Counted from the first letter of the stretch, positions 47,441-61,679 are shown. The stretch is 64,000 nucleotides of DNA from Phoronis australis (GCA_002633005.1 NMRA01000107.1:103492-167491); one strand, 5' to 3'. The notes: generated from the letters alone by a model not told the origin. Numbers and translations: made by a program.

Positions 47441-50400
47441 CTGGCAAGAAAAAATAATGAAAACTAAGAGTTACTAAAACTTGTTTGGTCAATATAAAAA
47501 ACATACACAAGCATCTTCGGTTACCAGTCACATAACAGTTATCTCATTGGAAATTTTCAAGTTTTGAAGTCTGACTTATTTCAAAATATTTGAGCGTTTA
47601 TTATAAGCTGATTGCAAGTTGGCAGTACGGTTTCAAATACCGAGCTTTTACTTCCCTTAAAACATTCTAACGTGCAGTTGGACATCTACGACCACCATTA
47701 TTTTTTTCTAAAACTAACATTAGCAGAACAGGGGCTTGTTTAAACAAAGGTCATAAGTCCAGTCTCCACTAAGATGGTTGTAACTCAGATTTTAATTTGT
47801 GCACATACCAACAAAATGGCTCAAAAGGTAGCGGTTAAGTAAGTCTAGATGTGAACAACTATTAACTTAATGGTATTACCACGACAACGACGACGACGTC
47901 GATGAAAGAACTTGAGTCACAAATTTATCAAGAAATTGACACACAATAACTGTCAAGTTCACGAAGGCTATAGTTTCTGAATTTAAAAACTTGCCTAGAA
48001 ATTCCTAGTGATTTGACTTTTATACACATTTACAAACAAGATTCCTCAGGAATGGGGTCAAAAATACTTCATTGTTTCACTAATCTACAGCTTCACCACC
48101 TGGAGTCTTGGATTCACTTGGACAAGAAAAAATGCAAAACTTTATGCTCATAGTAAAGAAATACTTTCAACAACTAAATGTTTTGTCCCTTACCTCCAGG
48201 TGTCACCTCACGATTGTCTGTATCAAGCTTGCTTGTGTCACAATCAACTTTCACAACCGTTGAGTCACCAGCTAGATGCTTTGACATTTCATTTGTTTCA
48301 TAGATAAAAATGAAATCTTCCAAGGCTTGAGCTATCAGACTAAACGATGGTCGTTTCTTCGGGTCCATCTAAAGAAAGTAGCAGTAGCTTTAAACACGGG
48401 CCAACATCAGAAAATATGACCAGTAAAAGCCTGGCATACACTTAATGTGACCAGTGACTCCTATCACCAGTGCGCATAAAAACGTTTTGTATTGGCAATT
48501 GTCAAAAAGAGGCATGAGTGTGGCCACTTCCAGCAAATTTTTAGCCCTGGCTTGATTGCTAGGCACTGAGGCAGGTGCAAAACTTAAGTTGCCATAAGGG
48601 GCGCATGGATCACAGGCAAAACTTAAGTTTTAAAGATTGTCCAGGCCACACAATATTCAGGTCGTTGTCAACGTTAGGCATACTTTATCTGCAGAGGAAG
48701 AGCAATGCCAGGCATTGATATGCGCTCACAATGCACCACGGTATGTTTTTAGGGTGTTTATCAGTTTCATGTAAGATACCAGGAAACGACAATTTGACCA
48801 CAAGGTGTTTGTTGTAATAGACAGCATTGAAGAAAAAGTGTTGGCACCTCTGAGTCACCTTTTACAACTAACAACATACAAAAATTTGAAGAACGAACAG
48901 TTTTTGATAAAAAGTGCCAATTTGGAACAAACTCTCATCTGTGTAAGCCAAAATAAACTCAATTATCTTGAGTAAGTATAGACAAGTGGAATTGAAAATG
49001 TCAAAAATATTTTCGATTTCGAGAAGAAGATCAAACACAGGGCCCAGGAGTTTTTGAGACATCTCGCAGGCACCTGGACAACGTGTACATGAAAAAACAA
49101 TGCATTCAGAAACAATAATTATCAAAATTAACAATAAATTTTTGTAACTGCAATGTTACTCACTACATGATAGAAAAAAATCTGCTTTGACGTAAGAGAT
49201 TTTACAACGCACCAACTGAAAACAGTCATCACCACTCTGATACTGAAGACCTGGTCAACACAAAGTCAGCCATGTGTTCATGTAAGTTGTCCAGCCAATA
49301 ACGACACTCACACACTAACACTTACACTGACATCGTTATGAGTTACCTTACCTGCACACAACAGAAACACACTTGCAGAAAGTCAATGGGACAATGCCCA
49401 ACCATTTCACTGAAGGCCACGTAGTCCAAGCCAAAGTTCTGCAATAACAACAGAATCAAATGTAGAATATGAAACTGTAGTTATAAAGAGGAAACTTAAT
49501 ACACATGGAAGAAAGAAACTTCCAAGAATATCATAATTGAAGCTACTAAAATTAGTGATATGTGATGTAATTTTGACAAGACCACACAAATGAAGACGTA
49601 AATATTCAGTGAAAAATTTTGCACATTCTGATTTTCAACAGCCAAGGATACGAAAACAACTAAGAACATGTGAACTCTAATGGTGCAGAAACAAGGCTAC
49701 AAAATTAATTAAAGTGCTTGACAGATATTGTAGCATTGTGGGTAAATACAGTGAGATTCAATTGTCGCTTTTTAATCTGGGATGGTCCTATTCAGATGAC
49801 CTGTTTGTTTCATCAACAACAGTCACCATCTTTGCATCTTTCATTATGGAGCACAACATGTTTTCATCTACATGTGAGTGGTTTCCTTGTTTTGGCGAGC
49901 TAATTTCCCCATTTACTGACCTAAGAATTTTGCAAGATTGCATTTGGCAAGTTGATGATAGGCTACCAGTGTCAAGACATGAAACATATGTGAGACCTAG
50001 CTATTGGCTAACACACCAAAGACATCCTAACACCTTACAATATCACAAATAGTATTGAGTGCAGTGGAGATTACTTGCCCCAGACATACCAGGCATGATA
50101 CTGTTAGATACAGTTTGAATTGCTTTTTGACAATGACTTGATACCTAGGTAGTAGATCAGGGCCGACCTCACACCAAGCCATGATCTCGGATTGTATTAC
50201 AGGTTAACTTACCTGAGACCTAGGTAGTAGATCAGGGTCAACCTCACAATAAGACACGATCTCACACAGTACTACAGGTTAACTTACCTGAGACCTAGGT
50301 AGTAGATCAGGGTCAACCTCACAATAAGACACGATCACACACAGTACTACAGGTTAACTTACCTGAGACCTAGGTAGAACGTCAGGGTCAGCCTCACATC

Positions 50401-53400
50401 TTGCAATGATCTCGCACAGTATTATACCATAGGAGAAGACATCCGCCTGAGAACAGAAGAAAAGGGGTGACGGCCACTTCAGTGATAATAAATGCCTGTG
50501 AATGGTAATTTACTGGTAAAACAATGGGGGGGGGTATGACAAATTGTTTACTTATGACATCAGTACTAGCGAGTGACAGTAATCGAATCAGCTGCTGCTT
50601 ATATAAAGCTCCACGAAGATACAACTACTTTGCACAAAGGATACCAAACAAAACAATTTATTTCAATGTCTCACTAAGATCTACATCACTTTTTCTCATT
50701 TTGGAAACTTCATGAATTGAAGCAGAGGGCACAAAATGTTCCACTAATATACAAAAAGAAAACAGCCTCAAGTTGTCACTAACTTAAATTAGAGGCATAT
50801 TTGGGCTAGGAAAACTGACAGTTAGTTAATGCTAGAGATTAGGCCCAACAGTTGGCTAGTCACAACCGGTCATTTGGTCACTTCATGTACAGAGTGTGCT
50901 CTCAAGCACTTAGAGCTTGTTAGTTCTTTCACAGCTCACAAACCACTTCTCACTTGAGCCAGGGAAATTGAGAGCAGTTTTACTTGGAAGTATGATTGTG
51001 ATTCCAAAGTAAGGTTTTGGTGTGACAGGAGTTTATAGCAGCTTATGATTAAGTGAGACCTCACTAAAAGGTCCGTGTATTAGCCAAATATCTACAAATT
51101 AAACTATAAATTTTGAGTAGGTAAAAGTACATTAATTACTGCTGAAAACTGAAAGCCTGTAGAATTTGACTTTTTATCAATCTGCTATTAACAGTCACTT
51201 GACCATACCTGTTTATAGTAAAATTTAACACAAAAATGACGTTTTACTGATAGCAAAACAACGGTATCAGTAACACCACCAAATTTCCATTAAAATATAA
51301 ATCTTCAAGATAAAATCTCAAAAAGCTGTTACAATTTCTTAAATTATCCTTTCGTTCTCGTTTTGTTAAAAAATCGTACAATCTGATTTAATAATACCTC
51401 GTCATACAAAAGTGTAACATTTTAAAATCAATTCATATCAGTTTTTGGAGAACGTTGAGTAGATTTTGAAGTTTTCTGTGGTACCACACAGCATTAAAAA
51501 GTCCTACTTCAGAATTTGATTTATTCTACAAACAACTCTGGCAACAGAAACACAAGCGTTCAAGAGTAATAGTTATATGCACCAGGTTGTCAGCATACAA
51601 TTATCTGCAGTTAACCAACACTTACCTTCTCATTATAAATAGTAGCATTCAAACACTCTGGAGCCATCCAGTAGGGGGAACCAACTATTGAAAGTCTGCA
51701 CGACTTCTCACTGAAAAATAGACAGAAATTTTGGTTTCAAAACTGAGAATGCCTCTTTAAGCAACTTAAAATCATTTATTTGTTTTGTTCAGGGCAGACC
51801 AGTATGTTGTGCCTAAGTATAAATTATACATGGCACTAAAATTGTAGCCAACAGAACAATGCAATATATTAATTTTGTGAACACTCTTACATATCTAAAC
51901 TTTTGAATCTGCAAAACTGGTGTTCCAAATTCACACAACTGGTTTGCTTGACATAAATTCCTGTGTGTCGTATCATAATTTATATTATCATTAATGGGAA
52001 ACCTATCTTGATCATTCACCACTGCTCAGTGATAAGAAATCATCATTATTTATCAAGATTGATGATAAACTTTGCAAGAAAAACTTATAACAACCGTTAA
52101 TATCATATCAACACATATATGTCAATTCACATAAATGGTTGATATGCGTTCATATAAAAACCCTTTACGATTAAGTATGATCAGCGTGTATAATTTTGCT
52201 ACAAATACATAATCTTTATGAATAATTCTACATTAGTCCCTGGAAAAATGGATGAGTGTCTAGGGATCAATAAACATCCAAACAAAGAAGACAATGTAAA
52301 TTAATAACCTGATAACACATACAATTCTTTGGTCAAACAAAGAAGACAATAAGCTTTATTATTGATCACACCATCTGGCAGACAATATGTGCTGGACACA
52401 TTTTAAAAGAACAAATTACACAGAAGGACAAGGGAGCACAGCTCAATTAACAGACACCAGTCACTTTGATTTGTAGCTGTACTACCTAAAACAAATCTAT
52501 TCTGTGTAAACTGGCAAACATTCCTTCCGGCTGAGATTTGAGAGAAATAATATAATTAGCACAATTGTGTGTACCACTGAATCATGATAAACTTAAACAT
52601 AGTACTTAAACAGCTCCTTTGTGGGCAAGTCTTAGAAAAGATCAACAAAGAGCCATAAATAATACAATAATTATGGTATTAACATTTCAGTCTCTCTAGT
52701 TTCAAGATCCATATTTGGATTTTCTGTAACTTTTATTTGGACCCATTTTAGAGTCAGTTGACCCTAAATATTGCCCCAATTTTAAATGTGTTGCTTATTC
52801 TTGTAATAATAAGCAAATTATGGGAATTCCATTATGCAATTACATGAAGCCAAGGTCAAAAGTATCATTTGACTTGTGGCACATCGTCAACCTCTCGGGG
52901 TCTGCGGCGAACTTCTGGATAACACGGTGTTATACATCTGTCACAAAAAGTGCTAAAAAGTTTAGTAACATCATAAGTTTTCAATGAAAATCAAAATAAT
53001 TTCAGAATCTGTTTCAACTTGTTACTCAATACTATTAACAAAAATTTTGAATCCCAGGGAATATTTGCCAAGTCAGAAATCACATGACAAACATTAAATT
53101 TGTACGTCCATCGAATCCATCCGTCACAGCTAATAAAAAATACACCTAGTTGTTTTCTATTTTGCAAACTTGCACAAGACCAAATTTATCTCACACTTAT
53201 TAAGAATCTAAAACAATATAATACTAATGAGACAAAGATAAATTCTTGTCAAGGAATCGGTAACTATTTAAAGAAAATGTGATTTACTTTCTCGGTAGAA
53301 AGAATTAGCATAAAAGATGTGCTTTACAGTGTATTCTAGTGATTCTCAGTAAAAGTGAACTAAAATTGGAAGGACCACATTCCAATGTAAATAACACAAC

Positions 53401-56400
53401 ATATATGTCAATGAACTGTTCTTGAGTTGCTGTTTCATGTTTGTAAAAATATCGTTGGTTTTTAGAAAATAACAGAAGCAAAAAATATTCGTTCAAAAAA
53501 TCCTGATTGCTACTGATTTTTTAAACTCAATATCAATCAGGGTTTTGTTATTATAAAAAATAACAAAACCCTGAAATTTTCGAAAAACAAGAAGACTGAT
53601 GTCCCAATCTTTTTCAAGAAATACACGTTTGAGATAACGTTAGTTAGCCTGAGCAAGTGCTTTTTTTCATACAACAGTCGCAGCTAACACAAGCCTCAAA
53701 TTTGGTTGCAAAATTGAGTGGCCAAAGTCCCCACAGAAAATGTGCAATGTTTCAGCACAATCCATCATCAGCTGAATACAGAGAAATGAATGGTATTATT
53801 TATGATTAAGTCCATTTCAGCAACCCCATAGGCCGCTAGGAGGACAAAAGCTGCTCTTTAGTTTTAATATAACCGAGTGTCAACAACTTTGTATGTCTTA
53901 TGGGTGTGTACGTACCAACAACTTTGCACCAGTCATAACAAAATTGCACAAATATGCATTTGAATGTGAATTACGCGGATGAACGGTTATGACTAAATCT
54001 GCCTGACACATACATGTATATCCTGAATGTTCATCTATTCTCATCACCAATGACTTCCTGAACCACTTTGAGGTAGTGATGTAGTAACATGTCTAAAATC
54101 TCTTGGCCTATTTACATCATCCTTTAGCCTATCTGGTTGGTGTAAATAGGCCAAGAGATTTTAGACATGATGTTGCCAGCATCAAGTATTTAAGTGAATA
54201 ACGCAGCACGACTGCAACCCATATAACCCTCTCCAGACTGAGATATTTCTGCTCAATATTGTTTTGCTTAACAAGTAAGTCATGGTTTTATAGTTAAAAG
54301 CCTCGATATAATGTTTCGCTTTCTGGGCTAAATATTGTCATTTACTTGTGAAGCAATAAAAAAATTATTAGACTTGATTACACAATTATTCCAACATTAT
54401 CAATTATTCCCAGTTCAACTACTCACAGTGGGTCAGGTATCTTAGCAACCAAACCAAAGTCCCCGACGATGGCTTCCAAGTTACCATCACTGTGCCGTCT
54501 GATGAGAATATTCTGTAACAAGAGCAGTGTAAAGGGTTGAAATGTGTCTGCCATTGTAACAAACAGGAACGTTTCTACTGTTAGGGGTGTATATGAGTAT
54601 TATCATAGATTAAAAATTCATAGATGCCTCTCGCCATTATGAGAACTTGTTCCACACACTTTGCAGTGCCATCTGGTTTTAAATTGGGTCAGTGCTTAAA
54701 TCCGAAACTAATGCTATACAAACGAGATATAAGAAAATCCATATCGACAGGATTTCCGTATATAAATCCGAAATGTATATTTGGTACATGGAATTTTTGA
54801 ACCAAAAGTCAAATACAAAAAATAATGATTGTGTCCTGGTATACATTTGGCAGTGCTGCATATATGCCAACAGCTCATGAAAGCAGTGTTTCGTAACCCT
54901 GTAGACTGTAAGTAAGCAATCCATTGTCTGTGGACACCACAGGTGTAAAGGTGATGGCTCTGCAATGGAACAACTCAACTGATTTACATTTTGAGCCATT
55001 GAAAGAAGTATACTAGAATGATTGGAAACAGTTACCTATGAACAATAGAGAAATAATTTGTTGTTTTGTTCTAAATATAAACATTATAGATCAGCTGGCT
55101 AAATACGTTGCTTCCTTAACCACAAGAAAAAAATGGCTGCAGATGGACAATTTTTAAAACCTGGCAAAGTAAATTGCACTTGTAATAGAATTGAATTTGA
55201 CTTAAATGCAAGAGTGAATGACTAAAAATAACAGAAAGGAACTGTTTATTGGCAGTTGAATCTGAACCTGTTGGTCTTTCTTATTTTCAGCATGTTTTCA
55301 GTTGACAAAATACATAGGGGGTCACCAGGCCTATACTGTAATATCGACACCTCACAAACACTAGACCCACTCAGGAACAAATGGTGAATATGTAAACTTA
55401 TGTTACTTACTTTTGAAGTGAGATCACGGTGAAACAAGCCCTTAGAGTGAAAGTAGGCCATGCCCTCAGCGATGTTGAGAGCGAGTTTAAGTCGGACATG
55501 CCACGAAAGTTCTTGTTCTTTATCAGTCAAGAGCTCTCCAAGATTACCACCATTAATGTACTGCAAAGTGAAGAGTCTCATTGACAATACATTGTCTAAT
55601 ATATGCGTCTACACAGCTCAGAGGTTCAATTTGTTACTACACAGGGGGGGGGGGGTTAGTTTGAACTGCAAGCTGTGTTTTCTAAGCATGAGTGACAGAT
55701 GAGTACACACCAGGGTGTATATTCAGAGTTCGTGTACATAGAAACTCCAGCAATAACTTTGAAAAAAAGGAACATGTTGAATTAATATGGCATAAAATGT
55801 CAGATGTGAAAGCAAGGGTGTGTTACTTAACTAATTCAAAATAAATGAGAACATGACTTTTTGTCTTATATATATCACATACAATCTATTGAACGAATTC
55901 ATATGAAACTTGTGCAAAGTCATACTAATATCGTACGGTAAAAATTCTCAAATTTGTGATGATAAAATTTTGCTCAAGGTGGAAGCTTGTCTAAATTCTA
56001 GAAATAGGCAAGTGACTGTCCAAAATTCAAGAATCACTGGAAAGATGTCAAAATTACCTATTCTGTAGATTGAAAACACACTGTGCGAAATTTGAGAAAT
56101 ATGGTGAATTCCAAAATCACTCTTGTCCCAAATTCCAGACTCAAGAAAATGCAATTTTTCCAGAAGTTTCCGTGTCCCAAATTCTAGTAACTGTCCCCGA
56201 TTGGAGAATTTTTACCGTAATCCTGACTCCAAAAGAAAGCATGCAAGAAGACTGGGACTCATACACATTGAACAAGCTTAACTTTTGGACGTAGTCACTA
56301 AACAGCCCAACCCACAACAATCTAAAACCTTAACCCAACTACATGTTCATCAACAATTACTGTCTTCAGACAGGTGAACTAAACAGGAGCTGATAACTTG

Positions 56401-56709
56401 CCTCAGTCAGGGCATGCAGTTGGCCCTCATGCACACAAACACCTTTAAACCTGAAAGAAGAAAATAGAGTTGGAAAAAGAGCTGAACAGACACACAGTTC
56501 TGAATCAAGGATGTAGTCAATCATTTGTTAATTATTACATCTGAAACTAACTTAGAACACTGCAAAGTAAAATGGTTTATGTCTTAATGCTCAGGAACTT
56601 CCAACGCCCTCTGGTGTTGTGTGAGGTATGCTGGTATTTAGAATTTTTAAATATCTATTGGTAACAAATAGTAAACAATAAATGAACAAGACACAAAAAA
56701 AAAACCCCA

Positions 56710-56766
<57 letters not shown>

Positions 56767-57439
56767 CACATGTCACTGTATTGTTAAAGTTATTTGTGAT
56801 AACTGCATTAAATGTTTGTCCTTGTTCTTTTAATGTAAATCTACTTGTCTCTGTACAATCGCAGAAATTTTTTTTTAAAGTTTCGGGCTGTTTTCTCCGA
56901 CTGGGCTGCTGGGATTACAGAATTTCTACACAATATGCCATAAAATACCACTAATTTATGACCGAATATGACCTGCAAGTGGAATTTTATTTTATCACTT
57001 TTTTCATGAAACGTGTAGCACCAAATTAAATGTTGAAGACTTGTAGCTCAACTACCATCAGACAAGGCTTTAAAAAACTGTAGAGAATCACAATAACATT
57101 AGAAGCCCATGATAAATAAAAAGGGTCAATTTTGCCAATTATTTTATCCGAAATTGGTGAGAATTTTACGTACAATAAAAGGACTTCCACTCACCACAGT
57201 TAACAAAATAGTAGAATGTTAAGTGGAATAAGTGGACCAACAATACTTTTTTACATCTTTCAGCATTTTTTGAGAAATGAATTTACACCCTTAATTAATG
57301 TTACACAATGTACCTACTTGAGGATGTAAGGGTGTTCCAGTTTGTTCATCAGCTGCACCTCTCTTAACATGTTAGTTCTGTTGCTCTGTGAAGTATTCAT
57401 CTTTAGCACCATAACAGCACCCGTAGACTTGTGAGTTAC
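46389..57439 (-). CDS. TESK: Dual-specificity testis-specific protein kinase (TESK1/2, cdi-like); 5'-partial, 9 exons in window
   Basis: Exons join in frame (1890 nt): VMVLKMN...[91 protein letters not shown]; C-terminal RSLPPSP. Confidence 0.95.
48194..48368 (-). CDS. TESK: TESK exon (subdomain XI)
   Basis: [17 protein letters not shown]; G|GTAAGG donor. Confidence 0.9.
49352..49438 (-). CDS. TESK: TESK exon
   Basis: [29 protein letters not shown]. Confidence 0.9.
50138..50362 (-). repeat. 75-bp tandem repeat derived from an exon 3' end plus its splice donor (3 intronic copies)
   Basis: ACCTGAGACCTAGGTAG recurs at 50211, 50286 and 50361; degenerate copy at ~50140. Confidence 0.9.
50363..50446 (-). 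CDS. TESK: TESK exon (subdomain IX)
   Basis: [28 protein letters not shown]. Confidence 0.93.
51626..51710 (-). CDS. TESK: TESK exon (activation loop)
   Basis: [28 protein letters not shown]. Confidence 0.93.
54088..54169. repeat. 82-nt hairpin with perfect 29-bp stem (TESK intron)
   Basis: CATGTCTAAAATCTCTTGGCCTATTTACA ... TGTAAATAGGCCAAGAGATTTTAGACATG. Confidence 0.9.
54427..54512 (-). CDS. TESK: TESK exon (DFG motif)
   Basis: [28 protein letters not shown]. Confidence 0.93.
55411..55560 (-). CDS. TESK: TESK exon (catalytic loop)
   Basis: YINGGNL...[25 protein letters not shown]. Confidence 0.95.
56402..56450 (-). CDS. TESK: TESK 49-nt exon with GC donor
   Basis: [16 protein letters not shown] followed by GAG|GCAAGT. 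Confidence 0.9.
56712..56766. repeat. (CA)n microsatellite
   Basis: Uninterrupted CA run of ~27 units. Confidence 0.97.
57318..57439 (-). CDS. TESK: TESK exon (subdomains II-IV)
   Basis: [40 protein letters not shown]. Confidence 0.93.
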
Positions 57440-60400
57440 CTGTAACCATTAACAATTTACTAAAGACACAGTAGACTTGTGCGTTACCAGCAACCATTAA
57501 CAAACCAATAAAGAAACAGCGACTATGTTGTCTTCAGGCAACTATCGCACTCCTGTTTTTCTATAAAAATTGTTTTTGCCATTTTGCTGTACAACCAAGT
57601 ATGGCAAATCAGGTGGAATGCTTCAACATCTTATGGTAATCCCCAACTTTATCAACTATGAAACCTGAACATGATTGCATATACGCGAAGTAAAAGGCAA
57701 TACATTATTTTATTACAAAATACACCAAAAGAAACTTGGTTTCATGTTTCGTTTTTGCTAAAATGACTATATTTATACATAAGAGGGTTCTAGTGAAATT
57801 TAAAACGGGTGTTTTGTGCAATGGGCCCCGACCTATGTGGCCTGCGCAAATCTGGTGTTTATTATAATCTACTGTGTTCTCACCAGCAAAAAGTTGAGAA
57901 AGCCAGTGATGAAACCCATCACCTGCCAGTGTTCCTGGATAAACTCAAATGGTTCTGTCAGTGTTACTAGATACACTCAGACTGTTATACTATATTAAGA
58001 TATGATGGCAGCACATGTCACGGATCAACACAAGATGAGACTTTTTGCAGAAAAACACGGCAATTAGTTGGAAGAGCTGAAAAACACCGAGAGGCAAATA
58101 ACACCTGTGGAGATTCTCAGACAGACTGAAAGTCGTAATCATGGCAACAGAACATAAGTAAAAAATCATCTGGTGGAAAATCTTCTACTTGGTTCCATGA
58201 CTTTCTACAAATGCTCTCTGACTTATTACAGCACTTCAATTTGGGATGCAAAAATTTCCCTAAAATTGCCATATTCTAGTTTTCAGTGGCTTACCACATT
58301 GTTGCAAATGCTCAAAATATATGTTGTTTGGTAATAGCTACGTCATACACGCTAAAAGCAAAGTAAAGTTCCCTAGAAAGCAAAGTAAATTTCCCAGAAA
58401 AGTCATTTTTGCTGAGAAATTTGACAAAATGAAATTTCACTTGTCCACCACATTGTGAGCCAAAATGAAGAATTTTGACCATATTATTACTTTTCATCAT
58501 TATCAAATGACTTTGAGAGAGCATGGAGCTATAAACTGTTCATACCCTCATGCTGACCACTGCTATAGTAACACCACACGAATTCTTTTTAAAAAATATT
58601 TTTGAAGTACTATAGAACTCATTGTGATTCAAACCCCAAACTTCTTGTTTGCAATTCACTACTTTACTACTGCGCCACAAGCACATCACCAAACTCGCAA
58701 GTCTTGCCTTTTTATGTCATCCAGATTCTGACGTCATACCGGTAATTTGTTTACCCTAAATATAACTGCGAACCTGCATCAAAGAATCACAATTCCCACC
58801 ATCACCCTATTGTACAAAAGGTGAGTTTTCAAATGTTAAAAAAGGTCAGTGACCTTCATTATGCAGTCACCATTTGCTTTCATGCATGTATGCTTCACCT
58901 ACTGATAGGCAGCTTGCAATTGCATTGATATAACCAAATTATTTATGCATTAAAAATGACCGTTGTATGAGCACAAAACATATTTTTTTCAAAATATAAT
59001 TAATTGTTCCTGTGTCCACTCCGAAGATCTCCTTGAAGCTTTTCAAAATATTTTCCACAAAGTTTTGGGTAAAAAACTAGTAGCTGTCTGACTGAACAGT
59101 GACTGACATATGTGACTGAAAGCCCAAACATAGCCTCCTTCCATGAATTAATAGGAGGATGTAATCATATAGCGAAACTATTTTTAACATTCATACTTGG
59201 TAAACATGTCCGTTTTCCTTCCTCACTCTGCCTCGACCATTATCATACATTAAGAGTCTGAAAACCAGCATACTGACCTTTGCGTAAGTCAATAACTGTA
59301 TAATATTCAATAGGCAGCCTAAAACATATCGCAAGAACTCATGCAGGACTCAGATATATTCCAACTGATACAACATACAGAATAGAAGACTGGATTGAAA
59401 ACTTATTTCAGTCGATAGATGAAGCTTTGCTTTAAATTTCAACGATTTTGAGTGAAACCGATTCCAAAAACTTGATGTTTCCCATTTTTCAAAGGCCCAT
59501 AATTTGTCAAGACATTGTCTTGTGTTGACTACAAGAACGGTACAGAACATAAAAACTGACAAAGATTTATACTATACTCGGTATCCGGTATCCGTTATGA
59601 AAAATCATATCAACTTTCACTTGTCTACCTTATTGTGTGATAATTTGGTAAGATTTTACCATATTTTTAAAACATGTTGATGAAGCTTCTGCAGGACAGG
59701 ATTACAACCTTCTTGTACACTTCCGAAGCTACACTGAAATCCAGTGTTCGAGTTGAAATTACAAAACAACCACGGAGATATGTTGAATAAACGGAATGAA
59801 CATTCTGAGGGGTAAGTTGCTAACACCTTTCACAAAAACAACACCCATTGTCATCAAACCAGTTTGACACAGTGCTATCTCAATGTGTCAACAGGGCACT
59901 TTCAACAGGACTTACAATAGTTGCAAGGTCAATTAGTCTTATCAAGGAGAAGCACACATAAAACTCCACATGACAACATAGCCACTCATCAGGAGTTGTC
60001 TGGAAGTTAACTGGAATTTGCAAAATGCCTATTTGCATGGTTTTGTTTTTAAAGTTGAAAGCACCCACTTTTGAATTACACTTCCGGTATGAAAATTTGG
60101 GGGAATAATCCTGAGTAGTTTTCAACCAATTTTTTTCCAGGCCGGAAAGATTTCTGCATTGGGACATGAATTTGCCAAGATTTTGAGTTCCATCAAAGTT
60201 GCTGGATTAACACAGAGACAAATTATTCATGACCAAAATGCTTTGTTGGTTCAATTAAAATTCCTAACATTTATTGTATCATAAAACCAATGGTATTGTC
60301 GCAGCATGCATTGTGCTGCACTGACTGTGTAGTGTCAGTGTCTTCCAGTAGGGGGCGACATAACTTTTCAGTATTCATGAATGCTTTGGAGACATAACCC

Positions 60401-61679
60401 TTCGTGAAATTACACCCCCTAGTGACGTACGACCTTATTTACAAGCCTCTGCATTCATCCAAATACCTACAAAACTACAAAGTTTAGTCCAGAGTATAAA
60501 TTATTTTCTGAAAGTGGACAGCCAGTAGAATTAATGCTTTTTGCTTCATACAATTCTTCTGTTGATTAGGTCACATGGCCATGTCTGTTTAGTGAATTTT
60601 TTAAAAAAGAAAGGTAAATTCATAGCAAAAATAGTATCAATAATACAACTAAATTTTGTATCATACAATTTCATGACAAGCTCTTAGAAATTCTGTAACA
60701 GTATTCTTACTTGTCACTTTGTTTTCAGGAACTTTTGAGTTTCTTTCATAAAAATCATCAATCCTATATTTGGACCATTTTGAGAACAATCCCCAGTAGT
60801 GTTTTGGAAAACAAGTTGCATAAACCACACAGCAATTCTCCTATGAATTAGTACACTCACTCCATTTAGCATTCCAAAAATTTATTTGGAAAATAATATT
60901 TTGTACTTTGCTTCGCAGGAAGCTACTTGGTGAGAATTTGCTGCTTCACCTAATTCACAAGTGTCAGTTATGCACTTCTGAAAATGTTCATGTAGAACCC
61001 TGTAATTATTTCTAGTAAATACACACCTTTTTACTGTATAAAGTAGGTCTGACCATTGTATATTTACTACTTAATTCATCCATTTACACAAGATGTCTAC
61101 TATTGTTTACATGTGATGAAAGGGGGTAATCTGGATGTGTGTGTGTCACTGATTCATTTACCTACTCAAGAGGATGTTTTACCAATACTGGAATAAGATA
61201 AACTATAATTACTGTTAATTGGAACACATTTGGCAACCCAGAGGGAATATGTTGTTAAATTTGCATACAGGCAGTTGTTTACCCTACTGAGTTTATCTTG
61301 CACACTAGTCAACTATAAAGTCAGTACATTCAGATTATTTGGCACACACCAATTATCTGGAAAACACTTTTATTTATTTATTTTGTGCAAAACAAGTGGA
61401 GAATAACTGTTAATCTGAAAATTTCACTTGAACTCAATTAGGCATTTCTGACATTATAATCTTCCAAAGCTGACCAAATTTGGACATTTTGCTAGGCTCC
61501 TACAGCAGCGCCCTCTATGGCAGCCATTATTTAGGTTCGTGCTTTGTAACTGAAGCCTGCTTCATGTAGACAAAGGGTCTTTGACCACTACACTATACAA
61601 CAGATTATTTCATATAAGGTACCATGCTTTTGGCGTGTCCAAGACCTCAATGAGTGCATCAGGAAATGTAGAAAGTAAC

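Noticed and set aside
56682-56954. ORF with a (TH)n tract and most other short ORF-track entries
   Set aside because: These are translations of microsatellite, intronic or antisense sequence with no domain or splice support.
59700-59760. Minus-strand SEVYKK peptide as candidate first TESK exon
   Set aside because: Upstream residues (LDFSVA) lack the GxGFFS glycine-rich loop and the donor is weak; the true exon likely lies beyond 64000.
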